In this document: piece after piece, positions 10,775-20,849 of the stretch
Position numbering within the stretch: position 1 is the first letter of the stretch
How the letters are laid out: the number at the start of each line of letters is the position of its first letter
NCBI RefSeq assembly: GCF_000195855.1
Contig: NC_002677.1
Span: 3,180,001 to 3,212,000, forward strand
From: Mycobacterium leprae TN
GTDB lineage: Bacteria > Actinomycetota > Actinomycetes > Mycobacteriales > Mycobacteriaceae
Length of the DNA stretch: 32,000 nt
Direction: 5' to 3'
Program-made: the position numbers and the translations under genes
Notes under the pieces: generated by a model
The model's database searches: none
What the model was told of the DNA's origin: nothing
The model's input: the letters and a program-made list of their open reading frames with translations, nothing else

Positions 10775-11530
10775 ATGTATCAAGCGGTTCGTTATCTACT
10801 TGTCATGGCCGCGATCATCCTGATGGCGGTGGCAGAATCAGGCAGCCCTAGCGTGGCCGCTATCCCTGCACTAAAGCCGACCCCTGAAGTTGCTTCGGTG
10901 CTGCCTACTAACGGCGCGGTGGTGGGTGTGGCTCATCTGGTGGTGGTGACGTTCACCGCACCGGTGACGGACCGCTCCGCCGCTGAGCGGTCGATTCGTA
11001 TAACATCGCCGAACAACATGACCGGCCACTTCGAGTGGCTTGATGGAGATGTCGTGCAGTGGATTCCAACCAAGTATTGGCCCGCCTACACTCATGTATC
11101 GGTCGAGGTTCAGGCGCTGACGACGGGCTTCGAAACCGGTGACGCGTTGCTCGGCGTTGCCAGCCTGTCCACGCACACCTTCACCGTCAGCAGAAACGGA
11201 GAGGTACTCCGTACCATGCCGGCGTCCATGGGTAAGCCCACCCGGCCGACACCGATCGGTAAGTTCACCGCATTGTCTAAGGAGCGCACCGTCGTGATGG
11301 ACTCACGAACCATCGGTATTCCGCTAAATTCTCCCGAAGGGTATTTGATCACCGCGCAGTACGCGGTTCGGGTTACCTGGAGCGGCGTCTACGTACACTC
11401 AGCCCCATGGTCGGTGAACTCACAGGGTTACACCAACGTCAGTCATGGATGTATAAACCTAAGCCCAGACGACGCCACATGGTATTTCAACACCGTTAAC
11501 GTCGGTGACCCGATCGAAGTGGTGGCCTAA
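10775..11530 (+). CDS. ldtA: L,D-transpeptidase (YkuD domain), LdtMt1-like
   Basis: ORF is open from GTG 10742 (262 aa). I prefer ATG 10775 (251 aa) because GAAGGGCGGA lies just upstream and the product then begins with a signal/TM segment (MYQAVRYLLVMAAIILMAVA). The YkuD catalytic motif is HSAPWSVNSQGYTNVSHGCINL. Confidence 0.85.
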   Translation: MYQAVRYLLVMAAIILMAVAESGSPSVAAIPALKPTPEVASVLPTNGAVVGVAHLVVVTFTAPVTDRSAAERSIRITSPNNMTGHFEWLDGDVVQWIPTKYWPAYTHVSVEVQALTTGFETGDALLGVASLSTHTFTVSRNGEVLRTMPASMGKPTRPTPIGKFTALSKERTVVMDSRTIGIPLNSPEGYLITAQYAVRVTWSGVYVHSAPWSVNSQGYTNVSHGCINLSPDDATWYFNTVNVGDPIEVVA

Positions 11531-12704
11531 CGTGAGGCAACCGCGGTGTCGCTACGCGAGGAACACAACATTGTGCGGACTAACGGGCACATTACGACGG
11601 TTTGCCGACGGACTTCGTAGCCGAGGTAGTCACCTCACAGTTTGCAAAGGTGTACGGCGGCTAGCGGTCCGACGACGTGATGAACCCACACGATGACGAG
11701 CTATTCTCGGATGTGTTCGTGGCCTGGCTACTCGAAGCTGGCCACGACCTCCAGCGGATCGATGACTATGACCAAATAACTAAGGCGTTTCGAACCCGCT
11801 CTGCGGGCTTTGCAGTACAAGCAGCGGTCAGCCCATTGATAGCTTATCAGAATCCGGAATAGCCGACGGATATTCGGCTAAAGGTAGTGCAGACAGCCAA
11901 AATTGTTGTGTATAAAAGATATTCCGCATCCATCGCTGGTTTTAATCGAACAAGTACGTTACGGATCTGCGGATACTTGGACCGGTTTAACCCGCGACTA
12001 TGCTGGCTGCGCAGTACTTGCGGGGCAGCCAGCCTACCGAAGAGAATCCGACATTCGGATCTAAAACGTGCAGAAATTGGGTAAGTCGTTGAATTGACCG
12101 GCGAGCCACAACAGCAGCGGAATGATGGATGCGACCACCGCGCCGTCAGCACGTGGTTGATTGAAGTCTTTTCAAGGAACGACGGCTCCTCGGTGGTCTA
12201 GAACTGGACATAGGCTCCCTGCTTGCACCAAGCATGTCCGAGTGGGTTTGAGATGCGTACACGGCACCAACGGATTATAGTAATTACTGGCGCTGAATAC
12301 CGGTAATTTTTTTACTTTATAGCGCTAGATCAGCTGAATATCAAAAATTTCTTGACCGGCTCTTCATTGACAAGTTTATCCATATCGTCGTTGAAATATC
12401 CGCGGAGATTCCGTAACTGGAATTTGAGCAGCTTTTCATCGATGCATTGGGGGCGAGTTCTTGGCCAGTAAATCTTCACCGTACAGAGTCAACAACTCGT
12501 TAATCACTGCAGCCTATTACGGATAGGAATAAATGGTCCCATGGAGTAAAATCCGGCGTGCCGAACAGGGCGTTGCCGTCGATATAGTGCAGCGTTTCGG
12601 ACTAGGTTGACGGACAATACATCAGAATGGGCACCCATTACATTCCTCGCCCCAGGGCGTAGGCCAACGCAAGTAGGTACGCTGAGGCCAGCATTGTTTG
12701 TGGC

Positions 12705-12741
12705 CAGGTCCTCATAGTCGGGTCATGACTATGAGGACCTG
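12705..12741. repeat. Perfect 15-bp-stem hairpin (7-nt loop) in unassigned non-coding DNA
   Basis: caggtcctcatagtc (12705-12719), loop gggtcat, gactatgaggacctg (12727-12741). The arms are an exact reverse complement. Confidence 0.9.
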
Positions 12742-13642
12742 CGGGCTACCAGCGTCGCTACAAACGGATTCTTCCTAGCTAGCCATGCAGTAACAACTAC
12801 AGTGGCCAGTGTATTACCTGGCTGAACAGCCGGGGTGGAACGCAATGGTACCCTGATCCTGGATGTTCGGCTCGTAGCCGAGCCCCCCTTTCCGGGACCA
12901 GGGATTAATCCGGGTCGAAGTGCGGGCTGGTTTATCGTGATCAGCCGGCTGCGGGAGTTGGTGCTGCGGTAGGCGGCTTTGCTGCAGCACCTGGGTTGAA
13001 GGCAGGGGGCTCAAGCACTAAAACCTCATTGGCTCGGTGCGAATCAACTCGGGTGGGCTAGACTGGGCGACAACGAGTCGGGTGGTGTATGGGATTCCGC
13101 GTCCTGACTTTGATAGCCTTCGAAATAAAATTGGCCTTCGGTAGTTCCCGACGAACATATCTCACCAAACCCACGGTAACACAAAATTAAGCTAAATGCA
13201 GGTGCAACAATGAAATTAAGGTACCCGAAGCATGGCCGGGAGATTACCGACGGCGCCAACGCTTAAACAAACAGAACCGGGAAGGAAAACCCGCAACTAA
13301 TTAAGCAATCCATTTTTTATCGCGGTGGCTTGCTGCTACCGAATATAGGCTACAAACCCTTGGATCGATCGGATCGTTGGTACACTGTCGAATTTAAGAT
13401 TCACGAACGCTTTACCCTCGATAAATTGGCATACCGACGCCGGTGGAGAATTGCTGGTGCAGACCGGGATAAGGAAGGAGGTGCTGACCGAGCGATTGTC
13501 ATTGGTAGTCCGTTACTGCGAAAATTGGCGGGAACACAAGAGGCCGATAAATGGCCGCACAGGCCCATGGCCGGAAATGTCTTACCACCTATGTGTATGT
13601 GCGACAACGCATAAGCTTCGATACACAAGTAAGGAGCTGAAG

Positions 13643-14502
13643 ATGACGGCGGCGGTGATGCGTGTTGTGCGGTTCGACCGTTACGGAGGTCGTAGCGTGT
13701 TATAATTAGCCAACGTCTATATGCCGCTGCACAGTCGTGGCGAGATAGTGACCGATTTTCACACAGACGGCATCAACCTCCGGCGAAGACACCAGCAGCG
13801 GCGGTGCGGTGCACGAGATAGACATTCCCCCGCCGAGTTTTCGTTCGGCGAGGGCCGCCGACCTTACCTGCGTAGTGACCGCCGTGTTGCCTGACGTCGT
13901 CGAGTTCTTCGTCGACGACGAGGGCCCGGGGTGCAGCTTCCACTGCTCCAGCCACGCCATTCACACCGGTGGTCCGTTGGGGCAGTTGATCCCGAAACCT
14001 CCCTTAATTGAGTTGGGAGGTAGCTGGTTCGCTGTATGTTGTCGAGAGGCGGCGTAGACAGCCTTGTCGTGCAGTTGTTGGTTCTGCTCAAGGAGCAAAT
14101 GTTGGCATTTATAGGGCCAAGCAACGCCGACTGACTGCGCTCGTGTGGCGTCCTCCGGATCACCTACGAGACACGTTTTCCAGAGTCTGGCCAAATCCGG
14201 CTGCGGAAGACGAGGCCGAACGGAATCGACGCGTTCATCGACTTGTGCGTCCCGACTACGTTCAGTTGGCGATGGATTTTAGTGTAGCCTTGGAATGGGT
14301 CAACACACCATCATCTTTATTGTCCCTTTGCAGCAAGCCGGCAAGGCTGGCACCAGAAGTGGATAAAAGCGTATCAACTGTTGGCACCGGGACCGCACGC
14401 TGCGGCGATCAGCTACCGTGCCACCCTAGAGGTCGGGTGCGCCGCAGGTGTTTGGGGACAGTGACACACACGGCAAAAAATCATTCTGCTGCTACGTGTT
14501 GA
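13643..14502 (+). pseudogene. Zinc-type alcohol dehydrogenase / NADPH:quinone oxidoreductase-like pseudogene
   Basis: AAGGAG (13631-13636) plus ATG 13643 gives MTAAVMRVVRFDRYGGRSVL, then a stop. ORF 13809-14057, in another frame, reads a typical MDR-family pattern (..ADLTCVVTAVLPDVVEFFVDDE.. and ..GQLIPKPP..). There are several frame changes. Confidence 0.6.
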
Positions 14503-14548
14503 GCAGTTTGAGACGCCACTATTGTGGCGTCTCAAACTGCTCAACACG
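14495..14548. terminator. 54-nt perfect palindrome (25-bp stem, 4-nt loop) abutting the NRAMP gene stop codon; candidate bidirectional terminator
   Basis: cgtgttgagcagtttgagacgccac (14495-14519), loop tatt, gtggcgtctcaaactgctcaacacg (14524-14548). The NRAMP stop codon (TAG, rc of 14549-14551) is immediately adjacent. There is no directly adjoining U-tract; on the minus strand a T6 run lies ~14 nt downstream. Confidence 0.6.
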
Positions 14549-16405
14549 CTAACCGACACCAACCTGGACAACTTTAACCACAACCAACACGCAGGCCAGC
14601 ACCAAATAACCACGTAGCATCAACAACCCTATCCGACGCACCGGCGACATGACCGGCCGATCTAGGTTCGCTAAAACGGGCATAGTCCAGTTTGCGCGAC
14701 GCTCATCACACAAGGCTCTTCTTTCAGCACGCGTCAGTCTCGCTAGCGCATCGAACTGCGCTTGTTCGGAACCCGAGCAACTAGGCTGCTGCGCGATGCC
14801 CCCGGCGCCGCGACGCTCAGCTAACCAGCCGGCTACAATGACAGCAGCAGCCCCAACAACACCAAGCGCGGTGCCGGCACCCAAGCCACCCACCATGGCC
14901 GCTGTCGATAAGTTGGGGAACAATGTCACCACAGTCAACATCAGCGATAACACCACCAGCGACCACACGATCATCCACGCAAAAACATTCTGGCGTGCAG
15001 TGTTCACCCACGGACCCAGCACTGGGCGATCATTGCACAGCAGCACCAAAAACACAGTTGCCGAAGGCAGCAGCACACCGGCGAGCGCCTGCACACCTTG
15101 CGTGATGAGACCGAGGATGTGACCAGGGCTGAACGCGACCACAGCCGATATCCCAAGAAGCGCTGTGTAGCTACCGTAAAACAGTGGGGCTTCGGTAATT
15201 TTCCAATGCAGCGAATGAGGCTTGCCCAGAGCATCGCCGAGTGCATATGTAGTGGCAAGCCCAACGACATTGGCACCTATCAACGACGCGTCCAACAAAA
15301 TGATCGCGAACAATACACCTATCGGGTGCCCGACGTGATCGGATAAGTGGGATGCTACCGCCCCTGCATCAGTGAAGTTGCCAGAGTCAGCTGTACCGGC
15401 GAGCCCGAAAGCAGTTGCCGACATCAGGGCGATAGCCCCTGCCATGACACCGACGATACCGACAACCAGATCGGCTCGGCCATAACGCATCCAGCGCGGC
15501 GTGATGCGCTTGTCAACCACACTAGACTGTTGAAAAAACAATTGCCAAGGCGCCACCGTGGTGCCCACAATCGCCATGATGACCAGCAACACAACGGAGG
15601 TCGGGGAATCTGGCTTGCCGGGCAATGACGGCAGCAGTCCGTGCAGGCTTGGGCCCAGGGCAGGATGCACCGACAACACCAGCGGGATGACAGCAACATT
15701 TACCGAAATCAGCATGAACATCACCTGCTCCCAACGACGGAATGAGCCACCGGCGACCATCGCGAACAACAGCACTGCGGCAACGGGTATAGCGATCGTC
15801 TTCGGGCAACCCAAAAAATCTAGCGCCAATGACACACCGATGAATTCGGTGACGATTGTCAAAGCGTTGAGGATCAACAAGTCACCAACGCTGAAAGCAC
15901 CCCAAAACTTGCCGAACCGCTCGAAAATCAGTCGTGCATGCCCAACCCTGGTAACCGCACCCAACCGGAGCACCATCTCCTGGTTGACATACAGAACCGG
16001 GATCAGGAGCACCAGTGTCCACAACAAGTTCATCCCGTACTTCTGTCCGGCCTGTGCGTAGGTAGCGACACCACCGGCATCGTTGTCACCAATCATCGCA
16101 ATCAGTCCCGGACCTGTGATAACCATCATCAATCGCAGTTGTTGCCAACGACTGCGGCTCGCATGGGTGACATCCCACCCTATGCGGCCAAACGCACCAA
16201 CGATGTCACCGACGTGTGCGGAATCCAGCACAGATGAACCGGACGTGTCGGGTGTTACCCGTGGTGTAGCACAGTTTTTGACACACATGATGGCGTCACC
16301 GGTGGTAGGCGGGACCGCTACGGCACTGATTGCATCAGTAGAAATGTAAGTCATTGGATTCTCGCTATTATCGACGGGCTCGTGCTCAAAGATGATGAGC
16401 GACAA
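14549..16405 (-). CDS. mntH: NRAMP/SLC11-family divalent cation transporter, unusually long, with an NRMT-like (Mg2+-type) binding-site signature
   Basis: Intact 618-aa ORF. It has an NRAMP core (VITGPGLIAMIGDNDAGGVATYAQAGQKYGMNLLW; AIVGTTVAPWQLFFQQS) and about 11-12 hydrophobic helices, with N-terminal (~90 aa) and C-terminal (~90 aa) extensions. The annotated start is TTG at 16405; an in-frame ATG at 16354 is an alternative. Confidence 0.85.
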   Translation of the reverse strand: MSLIIFEHEPVDNSENPMTYISTDAISAVAVPPTTGDAIMCVKNCATPRVTPDTSGSSVLDSAHVGDIVGAFGRIGWDVTHASRSRWQQLRLMMVITGPGLIAMIGDNDAGGVATYAQAGQKYGMNLLWTLVLLIPVLYVNQEMVLRLGAVTRVGHARLIFERFGKFWGAFSVGDLLILNALTIVTEFIGVSLALDFLGCPKTIAIPVAAVLLFAMVAGGSFRRWEQVMFMLISVNVAVIPLVLSVHPALGPSLHGLLPSLPGKPDSPTSVVLLVIMAIVGTTVAPWQLFFQQSSVVDKRITPRWMRYGRADLVVGIVGVMAGAIALMSATAFGLAGTADSGNFTDAGAVASHLSDHVGHPIGVLFAIILLDASLIGANVVGLATTYALGDALGKPHSLHWKITEAPLFYGSYTALLGISAVVAFSPGHILGLITQGVQALAGVLLPSATVFLVLLCNDRPVLGPWVNTARQNVFAWMIVWSLVVLSLMLTVVTLFPNLSTAAMVGGLGAGTALGVVGAAAVIVAGWLAERRGAGGIAQQPSCSGSEQAQFDALARLTRAERRALCDERRANWTMPVLANLDRPVMSPVRRIGLLMLRGYLVLACVLVVVKVVQVGVG

Positions 16406-17426
16406 GGCGCGCTAAGCAGGGGACATCGCCCGCCGCTGGGTGAGTTATAGCAGGACAGACCAGGGTGGTTCTCCGCACTGACCGACGGATAACCGCCTAG
16501 CTAGCTATTATCGAAATAGCCATCCGCGACAGATACCGGTCGGCCCGCTCCTGCGGAGTCAGGAGGCGCCGGGTTCCCCGACGTTTGGTTCGCAACCGCA
16601 ACGCACGCAACATTGACCATTCGGTCACCCTAGTAGCACAGATAACATGTTGTGCACCAAAAAAGATCATGATCGTTCTCCTACCAGGAACCCAATCGGC
16701 AGGTGGCATTCAATAACGTCATGCACAACGGCTTTCAAAACACCGAGACGCACCTGGGCATGGGCTGCAACCCAGAGCATAGCGACAGATGCATACGGAA
16801 CATCCGAGAAAGCTCAGGCGGAAGAAGGAACACCGGAACTGGATCGGGACAAGACAATTTTTTTCACATACGGACTGTCACTCGGACTCATCTCGCCCTC
16901 ACCTCCTCACGGCCGGGACACACGCGGGTGTCGGCTATATTTAGTCACCTGTAGGTAAGAAGCAGAAACATTCAGCAGGAAACCGCCGAACGCATCCCCT
17001 CATCGCCGGAGCTTAGGCACTGCACAGCATATCTGGACCAACGTCCAGAAACCACTTGGACTTGGACCCAACCCTGGGAGTTGTCTTGACCCGATGCATC
17101 TCTCGACGTCCGGGATCGGTGGCCTATATCCATGCAGAAGCCTCACCTACCGAGGTGCTTGCATTCCCATGCTTACACCCGACACCCGGTGCTCGTCAAA
17201 CGCCTTAGTACAGAATCTTAAATCTTAAGAAGCTTAGATTGGCATTTATGGTCAGCTTCACGCTTCCGTCGTTTGGTAGAGGCAGTCAAATATCCGGCTA
17301 GGTCGTGGTGGCGGTCAACCGAATGTATGCCGAGGCGAAAAGTCAGACGTCACTGTTGAGCTAGAAGGTGGACGAGCTCGAACAGATGTAGTTGACGAGC
17401 GAACAAGAACGCACCGACGCGCTGGC

Positions 17427-17750
17427 GTGACTTCATACATAATACATACCAGTATCCCCCACCCCGAAGCCGGCCTACTGCTTACGTATTGGTACGGACT
17501 AATCCGTACCAATACGGTGGTCGAATTTGGTACGTCGTTTAGCAGCCACGCCATCCACCTCGCGGCGGTAATACGACCCCACAATGACAGCGGCGATTGG
17601 TCCGTTCCGGCTGAACTCAGCGCCACCAAGAGCGCCGGTGCGAAACAAATGTTCAACACGAACGGATTGAACTACCTGATCACCGTTCTAAAAGAACGAT
17701 ACGCTTCGAACCTGGTAAAAATCCACAGATCAGTTGAGTTCGTTTGATCA
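17427..17750 (+). pseudogene. Fragment resembling a class I SAM-dependent O-methyltransferase (relic)
   Basis: ORF 17427-17747 contains ..TNTVVEFGTSFSSHAIHLAAVIRPHNDSG...AELSATKSAGAKQMF..NGL... This resembles the E/D-x-G-T-x-x-G SAM-binding region of family-3 O-methyltransferases. It is only ~100 aa with no complete gene. Confidence 0.35.
17485..17516. repeat. Perfect 14-bp-stem hairpin (4-nt loop) inside the methyltransferase-like relic
   Basis: cgtattggtacgga (17485-17498), loop ctaa, tccgtaccaatacg (17503-17516). Confidence 0.9.
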
Positions 17751-17960
17751 ACGGTTGGAAGGAGCGATAATCTGCCAAAAAAACCGCTCGAACCGTAGCT
17801 GTCGATGGGAGAATTGACTGTTGCTGACAACACGAACATACCCAAAACCCAACCATACCTCGATTACGCACGTAATCCAGACAATGGCTACATAATCATC
17901 GTTTATCCGGTCAAAATCTCAGCAGTATAAAACCCGATTAGGTACGGCAGTAATTAACAA

Positions 17961-20156
17961 CTACTTCAAAGATTCTTCTAGCCAAGGTGTCAACCATTTG
18001 ACGCCTTCCGGAGTGAGGTGGACACCGTCGCTGCGCACCTTAATTCCGTCGACCTTAGCGGTGTAAACACCGTCCGGACATAGCTTTTTGTTCAGATCGA
18101 GGATCTGTACGTTCGAATGTTGACTAACTGTATTGCGCAACATGGTGTTCCACTGGTTAACTCGATCCGGTTGGTCTTCTGGATACAACTGACCATCAGG
18201 CTTTTCGCCGCCGCGGCTGTATGGCACCGTGGCAACGACCACTCGAACACCAGAGGAGCCCAGGATATTCAGTGCTTGCTGCAGCTCCGCATTGAGGTAA
18301 GAGTCGAAAGTTGGATCGCCGATGTGTGTCCACTGTCCTTCGTTAACGCGGTTTACCGTCTCCCAGCGACCTATAATCAGCAGTGCGACATTTGGATGAT
18401 CTTTGTTGATCTGAGTCGACCACCTGATGGGCCAGTTATCACATTCTGGTCGTTGCTCCAGAGTTTGGCCAATATACTGATACGGCGTGCCACGCACCAG
18501 ACTGCAGCCGATGACGGTGTGGTCGATAAAGGCGAATCCTGGCGTCGGCGGAAGATAGTGCATCCAAGTCCACCCGATCGAATCACCAAATACCGCAACA
18601 GTAAAAGGCTGGTTAGGATCTCGCGTACTCGAAAGTTTTCCTCTCGGCGGGGACGGTGATACGGCCGCTACCGTCGACACTTCCGGCGGCAGAGCAATAT
18701 CACGCAAACCCGTTTCGGTTCCCACCGGAATCACCCACATCGTCGCCGCAGCGGCACTAGCGACAGTGGCCGCAGCCAACGGCAATAACGGCACTCGTAC
18801 CGGTCGCCAGTGGCGAATGGGTTGTTCGATCAACCACCAGGATACTGCCGCCACTGCCACTGTCGCAGAACACCGAGAGGCAAACAGTGGGACTCCGGAC
18901 CACCCGGTGCGCTCGCCGTTGAGCGCCAGGAAAATCGGCCAGTGCCACAAGTAAATGCCGTACGAAATAGTGCCCAGCCACACCAGCGGGCGCAATGCAA
19001 GTAGGCGGGCCACCGTTCCACGCTGTTCCAATGCCACCGGCGCGATCACGATGACGGCCGCAATTGCGACCCCGATCAGCAGGCCGTGACGGAAGTCACC
19101 GGCCCCTCCCGTTGCATAGTGTGTAGCCGCCGCCAACCCTGCCAGACCAAGGACCGGTAGGAACCGAGCGATCAACTGCCCCCACCGAGTCCTAATCAAG
19201 CACCAACCACGGTTTAGCGACGGCCAATCCCGAACCAGCAGAGCCGACGCCGCGGCGCCAACCAGCAACGCTTGCGCACGGGTATCGGTGCCGAAATAGA
19301 TGCGGTCGCGTGTAACGTCGCAAACACGGGCGATGGCGACTGTGGCAGAAGCTAAGGCTCCCAATGAGGCGAGCACAAAGACAGCCAATCTAACGGCACC
19401 GAGGGTCGCGTAGCGGCAACGCCGCCTGGCCCTCGCGGCCAACAGTAAAGTTACCGCGATCAACAGCAGTGGCCAGACAAGGTAGTACTGCTCCTCCACC
19501 CCAAGCGACCAGGCATGCTGCAGGGGCGAGGGAGGCGTACCTTGTGTGAAATAGTCGGCCTTATGGACCACGAAGCGCCAATTCGCTACCCACAAAAACG
19601 TTGCTATCGCATCGTTCCGTAAGTTGGTGAGCGCCTGGTACGGAAAAAGTTCGCGAGCAATGCCTACGGTGAGCACCATCAACACCAAAGCTGGCAGTAG
19701 CCGGCATGCACGCCGAATCCAGAAGTTGATAGCGTCGATACGCCCCGTGTGTCGCAGCTCGTCAAGCAGCAACGACGTAATCAGAAACCCACTGAGGACA
19801 AAAAAGAGATCGACGCCGATGAATCCGCCGCTCAGGCCGGGAATGCCACCGTGCTGAGTGAGCACCAACGCAACCGCTATCGCACGAAGACCATCTAGCG
19901 CTGGAATGCCGTTACGCCGCTCGGGTTGGTTCCAAATCCTCAGCAGACCAACACGCCGCACAGGAGCAACCCATCGAGGATGCCGAGCAAAACAAGCCGG
20001 CGCGGGATAAATCCCGCCCGGCTCAGCGTGCGCGGTTAGCGCCCTGACCACCAAGGCGTCCGGCGCCATAGTTGCTGCCGATACGTCGCTGCTCCTCCTG
20101 TTGATTCCCGCAAGCTTAGATGCAGCACAAACCAGATACCGGCTAAGACACACCAC
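17961..20156 (-). CDS. Integral-membrane acyltransferase (acyltransferase_3 family) fused to a C-terminal SGNH/GDSL hydrolase-like domain (Rv0111-like)
   Basis: Intact 731-aa ORF. The N-terminal half is polytopic (ALDGLRAIAVALVL..HGG, multiple TM helices). The C-terminal half carries SGNH block I (VAVFGDSIGW). The GTG start at 20156 is uncertain; an in-frame ATG (MAPDALV) lies 29 codons downstream. Confidence 0.85.
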   Translation of the reverse strand: MVCLSRYLVCAASKLAGINRRSSDVSAATMAPDALVVRALTAHAEPGGIYPAPACFARHPRWVAPVRRVGLLRIWNQPERRNGIPALDGLRAIAVALVLTQHGGIPGLSGGFIGVDLFFVLSGFLITSLLLDELRHTGRIDAINFWIRRACRLLPALVLMVLTVGIARELFPYQALTNLRNDAIATFLWVANWRFVVHKADYFTQGTPPSPLQHAWSLGVEEQYYLVWPLLLIAVTLLLAARARRRCRYATLGAVRLAVFVLASLGALASATVAIARVCDVTRDRIYFGTDTRAQALLVGAAASALLVRDWPSLNRGWCLIRTRWGQLIARFLPVLGLAGLAAATHYATGGAGDFRHGLLIGVAIAAVIVIAPVALEQRGTVARLLALRPLVWLGTISYGIYLWHWPIFLALNGERTGWSGVPLFASRCSATVAVAAVSWWLIEQPIRHWRPVRVPLLPLAAATVASAAAATMWVIPVGTETGLRDIALPPEVSTVAAVSPSPPRGKLSSTRDPNQPFTVAVFGDSIGWTWMHYLPPTPGFAFIDHTVIGCSLVRGTPYQYIGQTLEQRPECDNWPIRWSTQINKDHPNVALLIIGRWETVNRVNEGQWTHIGDPTFDSYLNAELQQALNILGSSGVRVVVATVPYSRGGEKPDGQLYPEDQPDRVNQWNTMLRNTVSQHSNVQILDLNKKLCPDGVYTAKVDGIKVRSDGVHLTPEGVKWLTPWLEESLK

Positions 20157-20849
20157 GGTTTTCCTATGCCAGGTTTCCTATCTGGAGCCCTGTTATCTAG
20201 GACGATCCGATTTACATCAGGACCAACCGACTCGTGGTCTTCGCACATTTCTGCGGTACTGGCGTCAAAATCGCTAAAGCCAGCGGCTCATCCAGCAGAG
20301 CATACCACTGTATCTATAGGTTGCTTTTGCTGCTCCAGCGTGATGTACAGACCGCTGGTGTCCGAACAATCATACGTTAAATAGGTCATGTCGTTCAACG
20401 ACTTGTTGGCGGTTGAGATCGGAGTGCGATCACGATCAACGCCATCACGGTCACCGAGATTCGGCGGAAAGTGTAAAGCCTTCGTTTCTCACTGCTCAAT
20501 GACCTGCTCGACCTGAAGATCGTTGAGGTTCATCAAGAAATCCCGACGATACTTATTCCGTCAGAACTGGCAACTATCCTTAACGTCAAGTCCAGAACAC
20601 CAGGACCTGCAAGTGCAATGTATCTACACGACGTCTGCCAGACAAGCAGTCCAGATTACGACCAATGCCTTCTCTACCTCCACGTATCGGTTGCCCCGTG
20701 AGCATGGCACACAGGTACGTCACCAATTGAGTGCCAGAGAAAGCGGATATTGGTTGAACAATAACAGAAAACTGATCGGCTTAAGATGGGTTATTAGTAC
20801 GATTAACTACACCGCCGATGTTTTCGCCTACTGCTGGTGAATTCATGGC

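Noticed and set aside
11677-11862. 61-aa plus-strand ORF downstream of ldtA
   Set aside because: It is short, with no recognisable domain and no convincing RBS. It cannot be distinguished from a chance ORF or pseudogene fragment.
14649-16349. Multiple plus-strand ORFs (157, 167, 99 and 88 aa and others) opposite the NRAMP gene
   Set aside because: All are antisense to a transporter CDS with clear family motifs, and their compositions (Thr/Pro/Ser/Ala-rich) are typical of GC-rich antisense frames.
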